Assembly: GCA_963764175.1 (NCBI GenBank)
Contig: CAVXRE010000014.1
Span: forward strand, 56,833 to 120,832
Source: an uncultured Verrucomicrobiae bacterium
GTDB taxonomy: Bacteria > Verrucomicrobiota > Verrucomicrobiia > Limisphaerales > UBA11358
Reading direction: 5' to 3'
Length of the DNA stretch: 64,000 bases
The notes below the pieces were generated by a model. The model saw only the letters and a list, made by a program, of their open reading frames with translations. It was not told the DNA's origin and ran no database searches. Positions 51,944-60,981 of this stretch are shown piece after piece (positions within the stretch are counted from its first letter, which is position 1; each line of letters opens with the position of its first letter). The position numbers and the translations under genes are program-made.

Positions 51944-52333
51944 GGAGTTGAATGCAGGATGTTGTTGGTTTTAGTGTGTCAAGTTACTTGTTACTGACGT
52001 CAAACAGTTTCACAGGCATCAGCAGGTAGAATACCATCCCGGAACAATCTGTCCGGCCGGCGGCGAAAAAAACTTGGAATCGCCAGTGCCAGCGCGATTT
52101 TTTCAGTGCCAGATTTTTTTTGACCGGGAAATCAACCTGCGCGCAGGCTGTATTTTTTTGCCCACGCTGCGCTGATTTATCCGTTTGAAACGCGGTACTG
52201 TAAAGTAACTTTCCAAGCAGGATAAAGTACGCGATATTTGAAATCAAACGAAAATGACAGCGGTCTTTGGGCGGTCGTAATGGCGTTTGGATGAATTTCC
52301 GCCGGCTCCGGCAGCGACAATGGCATCGGATAT

Positions 52334-52717
52334 ATGTTGCAGGTGAAGGACACTCTCAGGGCGACCGTGAACATCGGCTTTGATGGCCGGGTGTTCAAGG
52401 CTTACCACGGCCCGGACGCGCCCGCGCGGTTTGCCAAGGAGGTGCGAATCCTGCGTCTGCTGGAGGCCCGGAAATGCGGGTTCGTTCCCCGGTTGCTTGA
52501 AGCCGATTCCAAACGACTCCGCATCATCACCACAAATTGTGGAAACCGGGTGGAACATCTGGATGCAGAGCGCGCGCGGGAGTTGTTTGCCGAACTGGAA
52601 ACCTACGGCGTGCGCCACGACGATCCCGACGTGCGCAACGTCACTTACCGCCAGTCCGACGGGCGTTTTTGCGTGGTTGATTTTGAATTTGCCACCATTC
52701 TACCGGGCTTTGAATGA
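52334..52717 (+). CDS. small protein-kinase-like fold protein (truncated/minimal kinase)
   Basis: A kinase catalytic-loop-like HDDPDVRNV motif is followed by CVVDFEFA (DFG-like). It is only 127 aa. Its stop overlaps the PP2C start. Confidence 0.35.
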   Translation: MLQVKDTLRATVNIGFDGRVFKAYHGPDAPARFAKEVRILRLLEARKCGFVPRLLEADSKRLRIITTNCGNRVEHLDAERARELFAELETYGVRHDDPDVRNVTYRQSDGRFCVVDFEFATILPGFE

Positions 52718-53571
52718 TGTCCACTCCAAAAAATAATCCGCGCTTGGCGTCCACCGCCAAACGCCTGCAATGGTCCGGAAGAACGGACCGCGGCAAGGTC
52801 CGTCCCAACAATGAGGACGCCTTCCTCGGCATCCGCTTTGATTCCCGGGAAATCCATCGCCTGGGAAAATTCGGCGAGGCCTCAACAGGGCACATGGACT
52901 TTGCCTTCGCCGTAAGCGACGGGATGGGCGGCGAATTGGCCGGGGAATACGCCAGCCAGATCGCGGTGGAAAAAATCACGGCGCTTCTCCCGCGCTCGTT
53001 CCAACAATCCGCCGTGGGATTGGAGGCCGGATTCGGGGATGTGCTGACGGAGCTGTTCGATCAAATCCACCGGGCGCTACAATACCTCGGCGGGAATTGC
53101 GAGGAATGCGCGGGCATGGAGACAACCTTGAGCCTGTGCTGGTTCACCCCGGGCTGGATGTATTTTGGCCACATCGGCGACAGCCGGATTTATTACCTGC
53201 CGGCGCGTGAAGGCGGGATCAGACAGTTGAGCCAGGACGACACATACGTCGGCTGGTTGTTCCGGAACGGCAAAATCAGCGAGCGCGAAGCCCGCATCCA
53301 TCCCCGGCGAAATCTGCTGCAAAAGGCCCTGGGTGGCGGCAACCAGTTTGTTGACCCGCAGGTGGGCGCGGTGGCTTATGAGGCTGGCGACATCTTTCTG
53401 CTGTGCACAGACGGTTTGGTGGAGGGGCTTTACGACCATCATCTGGTCGAGCTGTTGCGCCCGCCCGGATCTGCCGGGATCGGCACAAATCCGGCCCACC
53501 GACTGGTGGAAGCGGCGTTGGAAAAGGACGGTGGCGACAACACAACGGCGCTGGTGATTCAGGTAATTTGA
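52714..53571 (+). CDS. PP2C-family Ser/Thr protein phosphatase
   Basis: RTDRGKVRPNNEDAF, AVSDGMGG and LCTDGL motifs. Confidence 0.8.
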   Translation: MMSTPKNNPRLASTAKRLQWSGRTDRGKVRPNNEDAFLGIRFDSREIHRLGKFGEASTGHMDFAFAVSDGMGGELAGEYASQIAVEKITALLPRSFQQSAVGLEAGFGDVLTELFDQIHRALQYLGGNCEECAGMETTLSLCWFTPGWMYFGHIGDSRIYYLPAREGGIRQLSQDDTYVGWLFRNGKISEREARIHPRRNLLQKALGGGNQFVDPQVGAVAYEAGDIFLLCTDGLVEGLYDHHLVELLRPPGSAGIGTNPAHRLVEAALEKDGGDNTTALVIQVI

Positions 53572-53629
53572 GCGGGTGATGTTCACCGCCGCATATTTGA
53601 AGCCGAAAAATCACTCCGCCAAATGGAGA

Positions 53630-53674
53630 TAAAAAAACTGCGCCGGTTTTGGTATTAGCCAACAACCGGCGCAG
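53630..53674 (-). terminator. rho-independent terminator downstream of amt (minus strand)
   Basis: An 11-bp GC-rich stem (CTGCGCCGGTT/AACCGGCGCAG) is followed by a U7 tract on the minus strand. Confidence 0.7.
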
Positions 53675-53692
53675 CGTCGAACTTTCCCTCTT

Positions 53693-55321
53693 TTAGTCGT
53701 GGTAGCCCTCTTCGCCGTGTTCAGCAAAGTCGAGACCAGCGATTTCCACCTCCTCGGTCGGACGCAAGCCCACCAGCGCCTTCGTGATGTAGGCAATTAC
53801 AATCGTGCCCACGATGAACAGCGCCAGGGATACTGCGACCGTCTTCAGCTGCTCAATCAATTGCGGCTGAAAGATTTTGTCGGTGACAAATTTGCTCAAG
53901 TTGGTTGCCAGGTTTGGATTGGCGGCCTGACGGGCGAACATGCCGGTCATGATCGCGCCGCACATTCCACCGATGCCGTGAACGCTCCACGCATCCAGCG
54001 CGTCGTCCATGCCGAGCCAGGCTTTGACTTTGTAGCAGAAGAACCACGGAATGGTTCCGGCTGCGATGCCGATCCAAATCGAGCCTGACGGAAGAACATA
54101 ACCGCAAGCCGGAGTGATGAGCACCAGACCCGCCACAGCGCCTGAGCAGAAGCCCAGCACCGTGGGTTTGCCTTTGACAATCCAATCCCACATCGGCCAC
54201 ACAAATGAGCCGACCGCCGTGGCAATCGTCGTGGTGGTGAAGGCGTTGGCCGCAATCACGTCAGCCGCGACCGCGCTGCCCGAGTTGAAGCCATACCAGC
54301 CTACCCAGAGCATCGAAGCGCCGATGTAAGTCAGCACGATGCTGTGCGGCGTGAAGTTGGCCTTGGGAAAGCCCAGGCGTTTGCCGAGTATGATGCACAA
54401 CACCAAGCCCGACCAACCGGAAGACATATGCACAACCGTACCGCCGGCAAAGTCAAGGCCGTGAATCTTTGCGTCGGCATTCCAGCAGCCGTTCATGATT
54501 CCGTTGACACCCCAGACCATGTGGCCTTGCGTGAAATACACAATCAACATCCACAAGGTCATGAATACGAGAATGGCCTTGAACTTCATGCGCTCGGCAA
54601 TCGAACCCACGATGAGCGCCGGGGTGATGATGGCGAACATCATCTGGAACATGGCGTAAACGTTTTCCGAAACCCAATAAGAGTAACCCGGATTGGGCGC
54701 CGAAGTGACGTTTGACATCATCCAACATATCTTTGGATCTCCGACGACACCGTATATCCAGTCCAATTTCATGGCCGCAGCGCCGCCCGCGCCGCCGAAG
54801 ATCATGCCGTAGCCGCAGATGACGTAGAGAATCGTGACGAGGCCTGTGATCAGGAAGCATTGCGCGAGCACGGAGAGCACGTTCTTTTTGCGGACGAGAC
54901 CGCCGTAGAACAGCGCCAGACCGGGCAGCGTCATGAACAACACCAGCGCCGTGCTGGTCAGCAACCACGCATTATGGCCGGCACCCGGGAATGATACATA
55001 TGCCCCAAGGCTGTTGTTAAGGTTGGTGTTGATAATGTTTCCGGCCAGCCCAAAATTCACCGTCCAGTTGCCATTGGTGTCCTTGTAGGTAGCCGTCGGA
55101 TCCCCGTTTTGGAAATACGCTTCAACTGATTCCATGCGTTGTTCCATTGTCGGCGCGTTGGTGGTCCAGGCGGCCACGGGCGCATTGGTGGCTGCAGCAG
55201 CAGCCGGCGCGTTGGTGGATGCCGGGGCCGCGGCGCCAGCGTTCGTATCATCCGCACGCGACGTGTATGCGCCAAATGCAGTGACTGCAATCAAAGCGAT
55301 AGTTAAAAGATATCGTTTCAT
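53693..55321 (-). CDS. amtB: ammonium transporter with signal peptide and Ala/Thr-rich N-terminal extension
   Basis: Canonical Amt TM core. Start taken at MKRYLL (55321). Alternative upstream start at 55363. Confidence 0.9.
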   Translation of the reverse strand: MKRYLLTIALIAVTAFGAYTSRADDTNAGAAAPASTNAPAAAAATNAPVAAWTTNAPTMEQRMESVEAYFQNGDPTATYKDTNGNWTVNFGLAGNIINTNLNNSLGAYVSFPGAGHNAWLLTSTALVLFMTLPGLALFYGGLVRKKNVLSVLAQCFLITGLVTILYVICGYGMIFGGAGGAAAMKLDWIYGVVGDPKICWMMSNVTSAPNPGYSYWVSENVYAMFQMMFAIITPALIVGSIAERMKFKAILVFMTLWMLIVYFTQGHMVWGVNGIMNGCWNADAKIHGLDFAGGTVVHMSSGWSGLVLCIILGKRLGFPKANFTPHSIVLTYIGASMLWVGWYGFNSGSAVAADVIAANAFTTTTIATAVGSFVWPMWDWIVKGKPTVLGFCSGAVAGLVLITPACGYVLPSGSIWIGIAAGTIPWFFCYKVKAWLGMDDALDAWSVHGIGGMCGAIMTGMFARQAANPNLATNLSKFVTDKIFQPQLIEQLKTVAVSLALFIVGTIVIAYITKALVGLRPTEEVEIAGLDFAEHGEEGYHD

Positions 55322-55359
55322 GGTTTTATATTTAAAAAGGGTTTCAAGTGGTTGGGCGA

Positions 55360-55836
<477 letters not shown>

Positions 55837-55972
55837 TTAAATTCCCCCAAAATGCCGCCGTAAAAAAACATGTTGCGATTTGCGCAGTGAAGAAAATATT
55901 CGCCAGTGTTCGGGTGAAGAAAAAATGGGGGCAATCTGTGAATAAATCCGAGAAACGAGTTGCGAAAATAAA

Positions 55973-56062
55973 TGGTCGGAGCGACAGGATTTGAACCTGC
56001 CCCCTGCCATAGATTCACAAGCACTTACAAAGGCAGACGCACAAAGAGACTCACAAACTCCG
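55973..56062 (-). ncRNA. tRNA-like 3-prime element: acceptor stem, T-arm (TTCAAAT loop) and encoded CCA present, but no canonical D or anticodon arms
   Basis: Hand fold: 5-prime CGGAGTT pairs with 3-prime CGCTCCG. The T-stem is GCAGG/CCTGT, followed by ACCA. The internal 55 nt lack a GG D-loop or any anticodon hairpin. Confidence 0.4.
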
Positions 56063-56365
56063 GTCGCCTCATTGCACGGTCTGTCCCAAGTAGTCACCGC
56101 TTGGGCAAAACTTTCCGAACCGCTCAAGGCGGCAATCCTCGCCATTGTCAAATCAGCGGCGTGATTTTAGGAATGAACCGCATGAGCTTTAACCTGACAT
56201 GGCACATGAGCGCGTCACAATCGAATTTAACGCGCTTGCAGGCCGGGGATTTGGACGGGCGGCACTGGAAGATCACCGCTTTGGAAAAACGTGCTGGCGA
56301 GGCTGGTAATCGGCACGGCGGCGATTTGGGCGTGAGACTGACGAACTGAAAACGGAGGACGAACC

Positions 56366-56653
56366 ATGAACTTGAATCCCGCTGAATTGCTGAATCCCAT
56401 CTTCAACGCTCTGGACAGCTTGATTGAAAACTACGGCGTTTATCTCTACCTGGTGTTTGTCTGGCTGGCACTGCTGGCTATCGGTTGGATTTTAAGCGGC
56501 GGCTTGCGGAAACGGCTGAAAGGAAATTCAACCACGGTCATTCCCGGCATCATTTTCACGATGCACCCGCCGACGCAATCCCCGCCGCCAATCATCGGCA
56601 TCGAGGTCGAGCAGACATGGAAAGATGACAACGAAATGATGGACGAACCATGA
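56366..56653 (+). CDS. hypothetical small membrane protein
   Basis: A GGAGG sits 8 nt upstream of the ATG. There is one strong TM helix (LYLVFVWLALLAIGWIL). Confidence 0.35.
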   Translation: MNLNPAELLNPIFNALDSLIENYGVYLYLVFVWLALLAIGWILSGGLRKRLKGNSTTVIPGIIFTMHPPTQSPPPIIGIEVEQTWKDDNEMMDEP

Positions 56654-56945
56654 CAACTTTTCACTCACGACGATCAGACTGTGGCCGACGTGTTCAGAAA
56701 ATGGCAAACGCCGCCACGTTCAATTTCACACCACGGATTACACCACCGAATTTGCACGGTCATGTTCACGAAGCGCGAAAAATCCGGTGCAACAATGCTC
56801 CAAGCACGGTGCAAGCGCATATCACGAAATTGTCATTTTATACATCGCAAGCCTTACCCCTTGTCAAAACAAGGTTTTTACGGCTCGCCAATAGCTCGCC
56901 GAAAACTGCGCGGAGTCCCGCGAGACGGTCACGCGATGGGCGCGC

Positions 56946-56995
56946 AACATCCGGCAAGACATCCGGCGAAATATCCGCGCAACGTCCCGGCAATG
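56946..56995. repeat. degenerate 12-bp-periodic tandem repeat (ACATCCGGCRAR-like units x4)
   Basis: Read directly: acatccggcaag acatccggcgaa atatccgcgcaa cgtcccggcaat. Confidence 0.6.
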
Positions 56996-57144
56996 GCCGG
57001 ACAGTGGCAACGGCAATGCCGCCGAGCGTCCGTAAAGACGACTCGCAAGACAACTTGCCTTGCTCCCGACTTGGACGCGCCATGTCCGCGCCGGAAACTT
57101 GCGAGACGACTCGCCTCAAATCTCAACCATGACATCTAAAAATT

Positions 57145-57657
57145 ATGAATACACCAATCACACCACCATCAACGCCCGATCTCGAATCGCTGCACAAGGC
57201 GGTTCAGGAGTTCCGGCCTGTTCCGCATCGTGTCCCGTTCAACGGTTTGAAACCCGTCCATGATTCCATCGTGGAACTGCGTAAGCAAACTGTGTCTTAC
57301 GCCGCCATTGCCGATTTGCTGCAACAGCATGGGGTAAAAACCAGTCGGGCGCGTGTGGCCGAATACGGCCGCATCGTCCTGGAAGGCGGTAAAAAGCGCA
57401 AACGGCGGAAACGGACGAAAACCACGCCAGCCGCAAATATCCCGGCCACGTCTCAAAGTGCGTCAGCCGTGGCCGCACAACCCGCGCCGGCCACGCCGCC
57501 GGCAATGGCGATCACAAGCGAAGTTCCGCCGCCACCGAAAGAAAATTCTGCATACACATCGCGCGGACCGCGCATCGCCAACGTCCCGCAAATGAGTCCA
57601 GAAGAAGCCGCAGAATTCGACGCTTTCCTGAAATCAGAAAACGCCCCAAAGCCGTGA
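57145..57657 (+). CDS. hypothetical protein: N-terminal HTH-like domain, K/R-rich patch, Ala/Pro-rich low-complexity tail
   Basis: VSYAAIADLLQQHGVKTSRARVAEYGR is HTH-like. This is followed by KKRKRRKRTK and a PA-rich tail. Confidence 0.35.
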   Translation: MNTPITPPSTPDLESLHKAVQEFRPVPHRVPFNGLKPVHDSIVELRKQTVSYAAIADLLQQHGVKTSRARVAEYGRIVLEGGKKRKRRKRTKTTPAANIPATSQSASAVAAQPAPATPPAMAITSEVPPPPKENSAYTSRGPRIANVPQMSPEEAAEFDAFLKSENAPKP

Positions 57658-57839
57658 CCGGCATAACCGTGATTGTCTGGGGGTCGTAACGAGGGGCAGA
57701 CAATCACGATGCGCCGCGCGGCGCAAGAGCGCAGAGGCAAACAAACTTGGCCAGCGACGTTCGCCAGCCACACGCAGCCGCAAAGGTTCAGACGCCGCCC
57801 CGACAGGCCAATAACACCACGCTAGAAGCAAGTCTTTTC

Positions 57840-58100
57840 GGTTGGCAGCACGGTTAGCACCGGGTTAGCAACAGGGCGGTAATCATACGAGGCAGCATCC
57901 GAAGCAACATGGTTGTCACCATGCGAGGCAACGGCGAAGCAACACGGTTGGCAACAGAGTTGGCATTTCACGAAGCACGCTGGTTGGCATCGAGCGAAGC
58001 AGCCAACGCAACATGAAACGCAATGCTTGGCGCAACAGGCGAGGCAACATTTCACGCAGCACCAAGCGAAGCATTTCGCGCAACATTGGCGAAGCACAGA
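57840..58100. repeat. ~260 bp array of degenerate 12-bp-periodic repeats (GCAACAnnnnnG-like, ~20 units); frames give CCxx or LREMLP peptide repeats
   Basis: Units aligned by eye (gcaacggcgaa / gcaacacggttg / gcaacagagttg / gcatttcacgaa ...). The repetitive translations in all frames reflect the 12-nt period. Confidence 0.6.
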
Positions 58101-58480
58101 AACCTTGCCCCTTTAAGGGGTAGCGCGTGCCTTGACTAATTTCTACTTTTCGCCGCTTCCTTGCGATTGTCCTGGGTGTGACTTGGCCGGATGATTTCAG
58201 CGGCATGAACGGCTGACATTGAACCATGTTGAATGGCGTTTAGTTGCGTGAACCTTTCGCGCGATTTTTGCGCTAATTTTGCGCAACATTTGCGGCAGCG
58301 GTCGTGGCCTCAAGCTGTGCTAAGGGAAGATGTCTGACGGATTTTGAGCCGGTTCCTTCCGGCGCAACTGCTGTGTGCATCGCAGTCACCAGCTTGGCCG
58401 CTCCGCTGTTACGCCAACCGCGTTGCATGACAAGGAGAATAGCGTCCCGTCTAAAATCACCAAGTCACCGGAGCCAGGAT

Positions 58481-58548
58481 GTTGAAAAGCGTTGAATCAT
58501 CCTGTTGAATTTCGTTGAACGGCGTTGAAACCATCAACGCATTTCAAC
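58481..58548. repeat. array of five GTTGAA direct repeats at 10-13 bp spacing plus inverted TTCAAC copies
   Basis: GTTGAA occurs at 58481, 58491, 58504, 58514 and 58524. ATCAAC/TTCAAC occur at 58533 and 58543. Another GTTGAA lies at 58228. Confidence 0.6.
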
Positions 58549-58700
58549 ACAATTTTCCGTGCCATGCGGCGCATAGCTGAGAAACTACAATTTTCCGTAG
58601 GGGTGGGGCGTCCCGCTTTCGAGCATCCAATTAGGATGCCAACGGAATGATTTCAAATGGGGCTATTGGCTTAAAATCCGAATGTGGCAAATGGATTTAG

Positions 58701-58784
58701 AAGCGGCAAAAGGCGACAAAAGGCGGCAAGTTAAAGCGACAAATTGCGGCAAATTCGTTGCCGCCTTTTGTCGCTTTTTGCCGC
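58701..58784. repeat. 28-bp-arm inverted repeat (1 mismatch) with 28-nt spacer, built from six GCGRCAAA units
   Basis: The left arm AGCGGCAAAAGGCGACAAAAGGCGGCAA matches the reverse complement of the right arm TTGCCGCCTTTTGTCGCTTTTTGCCGCT. The spacer carries further GCGACAAA/GCGGCAAA units. Confidence 0.7.
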
Positions 58785-58978
58785 TCGGTTTCGAGCCGCG
58801 TTCTTTCCGAACGATTTCGTTGGGAGATGGTGTCTGTGTGCAAATGAAGTTTCCATCGGCCTCACTCCGATGCCATTTTCTGGCTGCGATGAATGTATGG
58901 CAACTGCCGTCGTGGGATTGGTGCGGTCGTAGCCTGTCCGTGACCGTGGACGGTTCTTGGCTTGTTCCGGGTAAAATT

Positions 58979-59503
58979 TCACTCAATGGGATTCTCACTC
59001 ATCTTTTTACCGATATAAATCTGCAATGGGAACGTGACGGCATCAACAACGAATGTAAATGGAAGCAATCCAACAGCCTTGCTAACAACCTTGATGTTCA
59101 CGGTTGTTCTTCGGTTCACGTCCACGCCTCCCTGACTTTGAACGCTGGCGATTTTTTTGTAATTCGAGTTTAGCTCCTTCCGTAAATATATTTTTTGCCG
59201 CACCTGCGGCGGCAAAGAGCTAATGTCCTTGAACGTGACATCGCCCTTCGTTTGAAGATGCGCCGCAACCAAAATATCCTGCGGAACAATCAAGTAAGCA
59301 GAAACACCATTTTGTTCTCCTGTTTTCGTCAGCGTGCCTTCGACCGCCAAACTGCCGTCGGACTTCGATTTGTAAATGGCCGTTGGCGAAAAATAATCTG
59401 ACTTACTGCCGACTGCATCATGCCACATGATACCAGTGACGCATCCCGACAGCAGTGGAAGCATAATTGCCACCACGAGAACTTGAAACGCTTTGCTTGG
59501 CAT
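58979..59503 (-). CDS. hypothetical lipoprotein (last gene of AT-richer operon)
   Basis: Signal peptide with lipobox (LLSGC). No known domain. Confidence 0.45.
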   Translation of the reverse strand: MPSKAFQVLVVAIMLPLLSGCVTGIMWHDAVGSKSDYFSPTAIYKSKSDGSLAVEGTLTKTGEQNGVSAYLIVPQDILVAAHLQTKGDVTFKDISSLPPQVRQKIYLRKELNSNYKKIASVQSQGGVDVNRRTTVNIKVVSKAVGLLPFTFVVDAVTFPLQIYIGKKMSENPIE

Positions 59504-59519
59504 CGGCAAGCACAATGTT

Positions 59520-59894
59520 TCAAGGCGTGTTCACGCCCTGAAAGGATTCCAACCCACCCAGTAAATTCTGCTTGGGGTCAAACTCCACGTTCCCGTCGTT
59601 TGGCGTCGGGTTCAGGTAAAAGCTAAACTCCATGAAGTCACCGTAAACTTTTCCGTAGAGCGCGCTTTTCACATTGCCGTTTGCGTTCAGCACTGCCCGC
59701 ACACGAAAGAAGTAATTCCGGTTTTCATCATAATCAGATATTCCCGGCTGCCCAGAATGGTGAGCATTTTCCCTGATCAACTGGGATTGATAACCGTTTG
59801 CCGGTGCTTCATGGGGTGAACGCAGACCCCTCCCTTTCTCCGCATCCGGCACGAGAAATTCATGACCAGAAACCCAGGTGTAGTGTGCGTTCAT
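59520..59894 (-). CDS. hypothetical protein consisting of an unrecognised ~110 aa domain shared with the C-terminus of the 60982..61971 product
   Basis: The stretch FFRVRAVLNANGNVKSALYGKVYG...YLNPTPNDGNVEFDPKQN aligns by eye with FFRVRTVLDSNGNVKSALYGKIQG...YLNPVPNSRNVEFDLKQN in the other protein. Confidence 0.5.
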   Translation of the reverse strand: MNAHYTWVSGHEFLVPDAEKGRGLRSPHEAPANGYQSQLIRENAHHSGQPGISDYDENRNYFFRVRAVLNANGNVKSALYGKVYGDFMEFSFYLNPTPNDGNVEFDPKQNLLGGLESFQGVNTP

Positions 59895-60970
59895 TTTACT
59901 TCACCATTCATTTTCTTGCGCAGTTCGTCCGTTGTCGGGGGAACTCCGGGCTGTTTCATCAAATACTTGTCAGATGATTTTCCGTTGTCGGCAAGGCGCA
60001 AGGCGTTTGAGGCGGAAATCCACTCAACACCTATTTCTTGAAGTTTGTTGTTATCAACATCGAAAAAGTCTATAGTCGCCCGATTAGTATCTACTGTCCG
60101 CCACGGAACCGGCCCCCCCACAAACATGGCCAACCCAATAAAAGCCATGCCGTCATTATTCAAAATTAGACTGAATGATTCTTCATTCGTCCAAACGCCA
60201 ACGAAAGGTGAATTCTTTGGCGTAACGTATTGCTCAATTAACGAACGATAGATGCCTTTTTTATCGAGTTGTCGAAGCAGAACTATGTCACGTCTTTCAG
60301 CCAGAATATCCACGGCGGACTTTTTACTGGCATTTTGAAGATAGGGATCAGCTCCGGCTTTTACCAACAGCGGCAACAAGCCCAAATCTTGATATTTCGG
60401 CGGTTGTCGCAAGACAGCATCAAGCAAAGATCGGCCTGTCTTTATCTCTTGAACACGCGCACCGTGTTCAAGAAGCCATTTAAGAGTATTTTCTCTTTCC
60501 TTCCCACACACTACAGCCATTTCCAAGGCCGTCATTTTCTCCCCAGTAGAAATCTGATTGATATCGGCCCCTTCCATGATAAGCTGTTTTATGAATTCCA
60601 AATTCCCTCGGATTACAGCCGCTTGAAGTGGTGTTTTATCACTCTCAAAGTTAGTGGGACACTCGTATCCGACATCTGCTCCCTGCTTGTGCAAGTATTC
60701 GAGCGCGTAAAATTGAGGACTGCGATAAGATAATCGGTCTGCGAGAAGATCGAACAACAGCCGAGAAGAAGTTGCTTTTCGGTCGGAGACACCGCGCGAG
60801 AAAATTTCAAACAAGTTTGTAAAAGTATTATAGCTGGCCGCGTTGCAAGCAGCCGCAAGCACATCACCTTCGGTTGGACTAGAAACATCTTTGCCAGCGG
60901 TTTGGCCAAACGAGTTGAAACAGCAACAAAGAAAAGGCACCGCAACTAGAGCTTTTAAGAATGCCTTCAT
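59891..60970 (-). CDS. periplasmic/secreted ankyrin-repeat protein
   Basis: Signal peptide. There are multiple ANK-like repeats (LLEHGARV, LVKAGADPYLQNASKKSAVDIL, etc.). GC is low. Confidence 0.75.
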   Translation of the reverse strand: MKAFLKALVAVPFLCCCFNSFGQTAGKDVSSPTEGDVLAAACNAASYNTFTNLFEIFSRGVSDRKATSSRLLFDLLADRLSYRSPQFYALEYLHKQGADVGYECPTNFESDKTPLQAAVIRGNLEFIKQLIMEGADINQISTGEKMTALEMAVVCGKERENTLKWLLEHGARVQEIKTGRSLLDAVLRQPPKYQDLGLLPLLVKAGADPYLQNASKKSAVDILAERRDIVLLRQLDKKGIYRSLIEQYVTPKNSPFVGVWTNEESFSLILNNDGMAFIGLAMFVGGPVPWRTVDTNRATIDFFDVDNNKLQEIGVEWISASNALRLADNGKSSDKYLMKQPGVPPTTDELRKKMNGEVK

Positions 60971-60981
60971 ATAATTTAACT

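Noticed and set aside
55973-56340. Possibility that the tRNA-like 3-prime end belongs to a tmRNA (ssrA)
   Set aside because: No complementary 5-prime acceptor strand (GGAGCG-like) was found within ~400 nt upstream on the minus strand, and no plausible tag-peptide reading frame ending in ALAA-like residues was visible. A formal tmRNA covariance-model search was not possible.
56650-57139. ORFs 56650..57132 and 56681..57139 overlapping the first 12-bp repeat array
   Set aside because: The translations are R/P/A-rich low-complexity strings driven by the underlying nucleotide repeat. There is no domain signature, so they are treated as non-coding repeat DNA rather than genes.
57822-58097. Cys-rich CCxK-repeat peptide ORF (minus strand, GTG start) within the 12-bp repeat array
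   Set aside because: Not called as a CDS because every frame of the array gives periodic peptides, the start is a non-ATG codon without a clear RBS, and no homolog is recognised. It is kept as a hypothesis in the findings only.
58682-59173. Plus-strand ORF 58682..59173 (163 aa) spanning the GCGRCAAA palindrome
   Set aside because: It overlaps the long inverted repeat and the 3-prime part of the minus-strand lipoprotein gene. Its composition is repeat-driven (KGDKRRQVKATNCGKF). It is judged an artefact.
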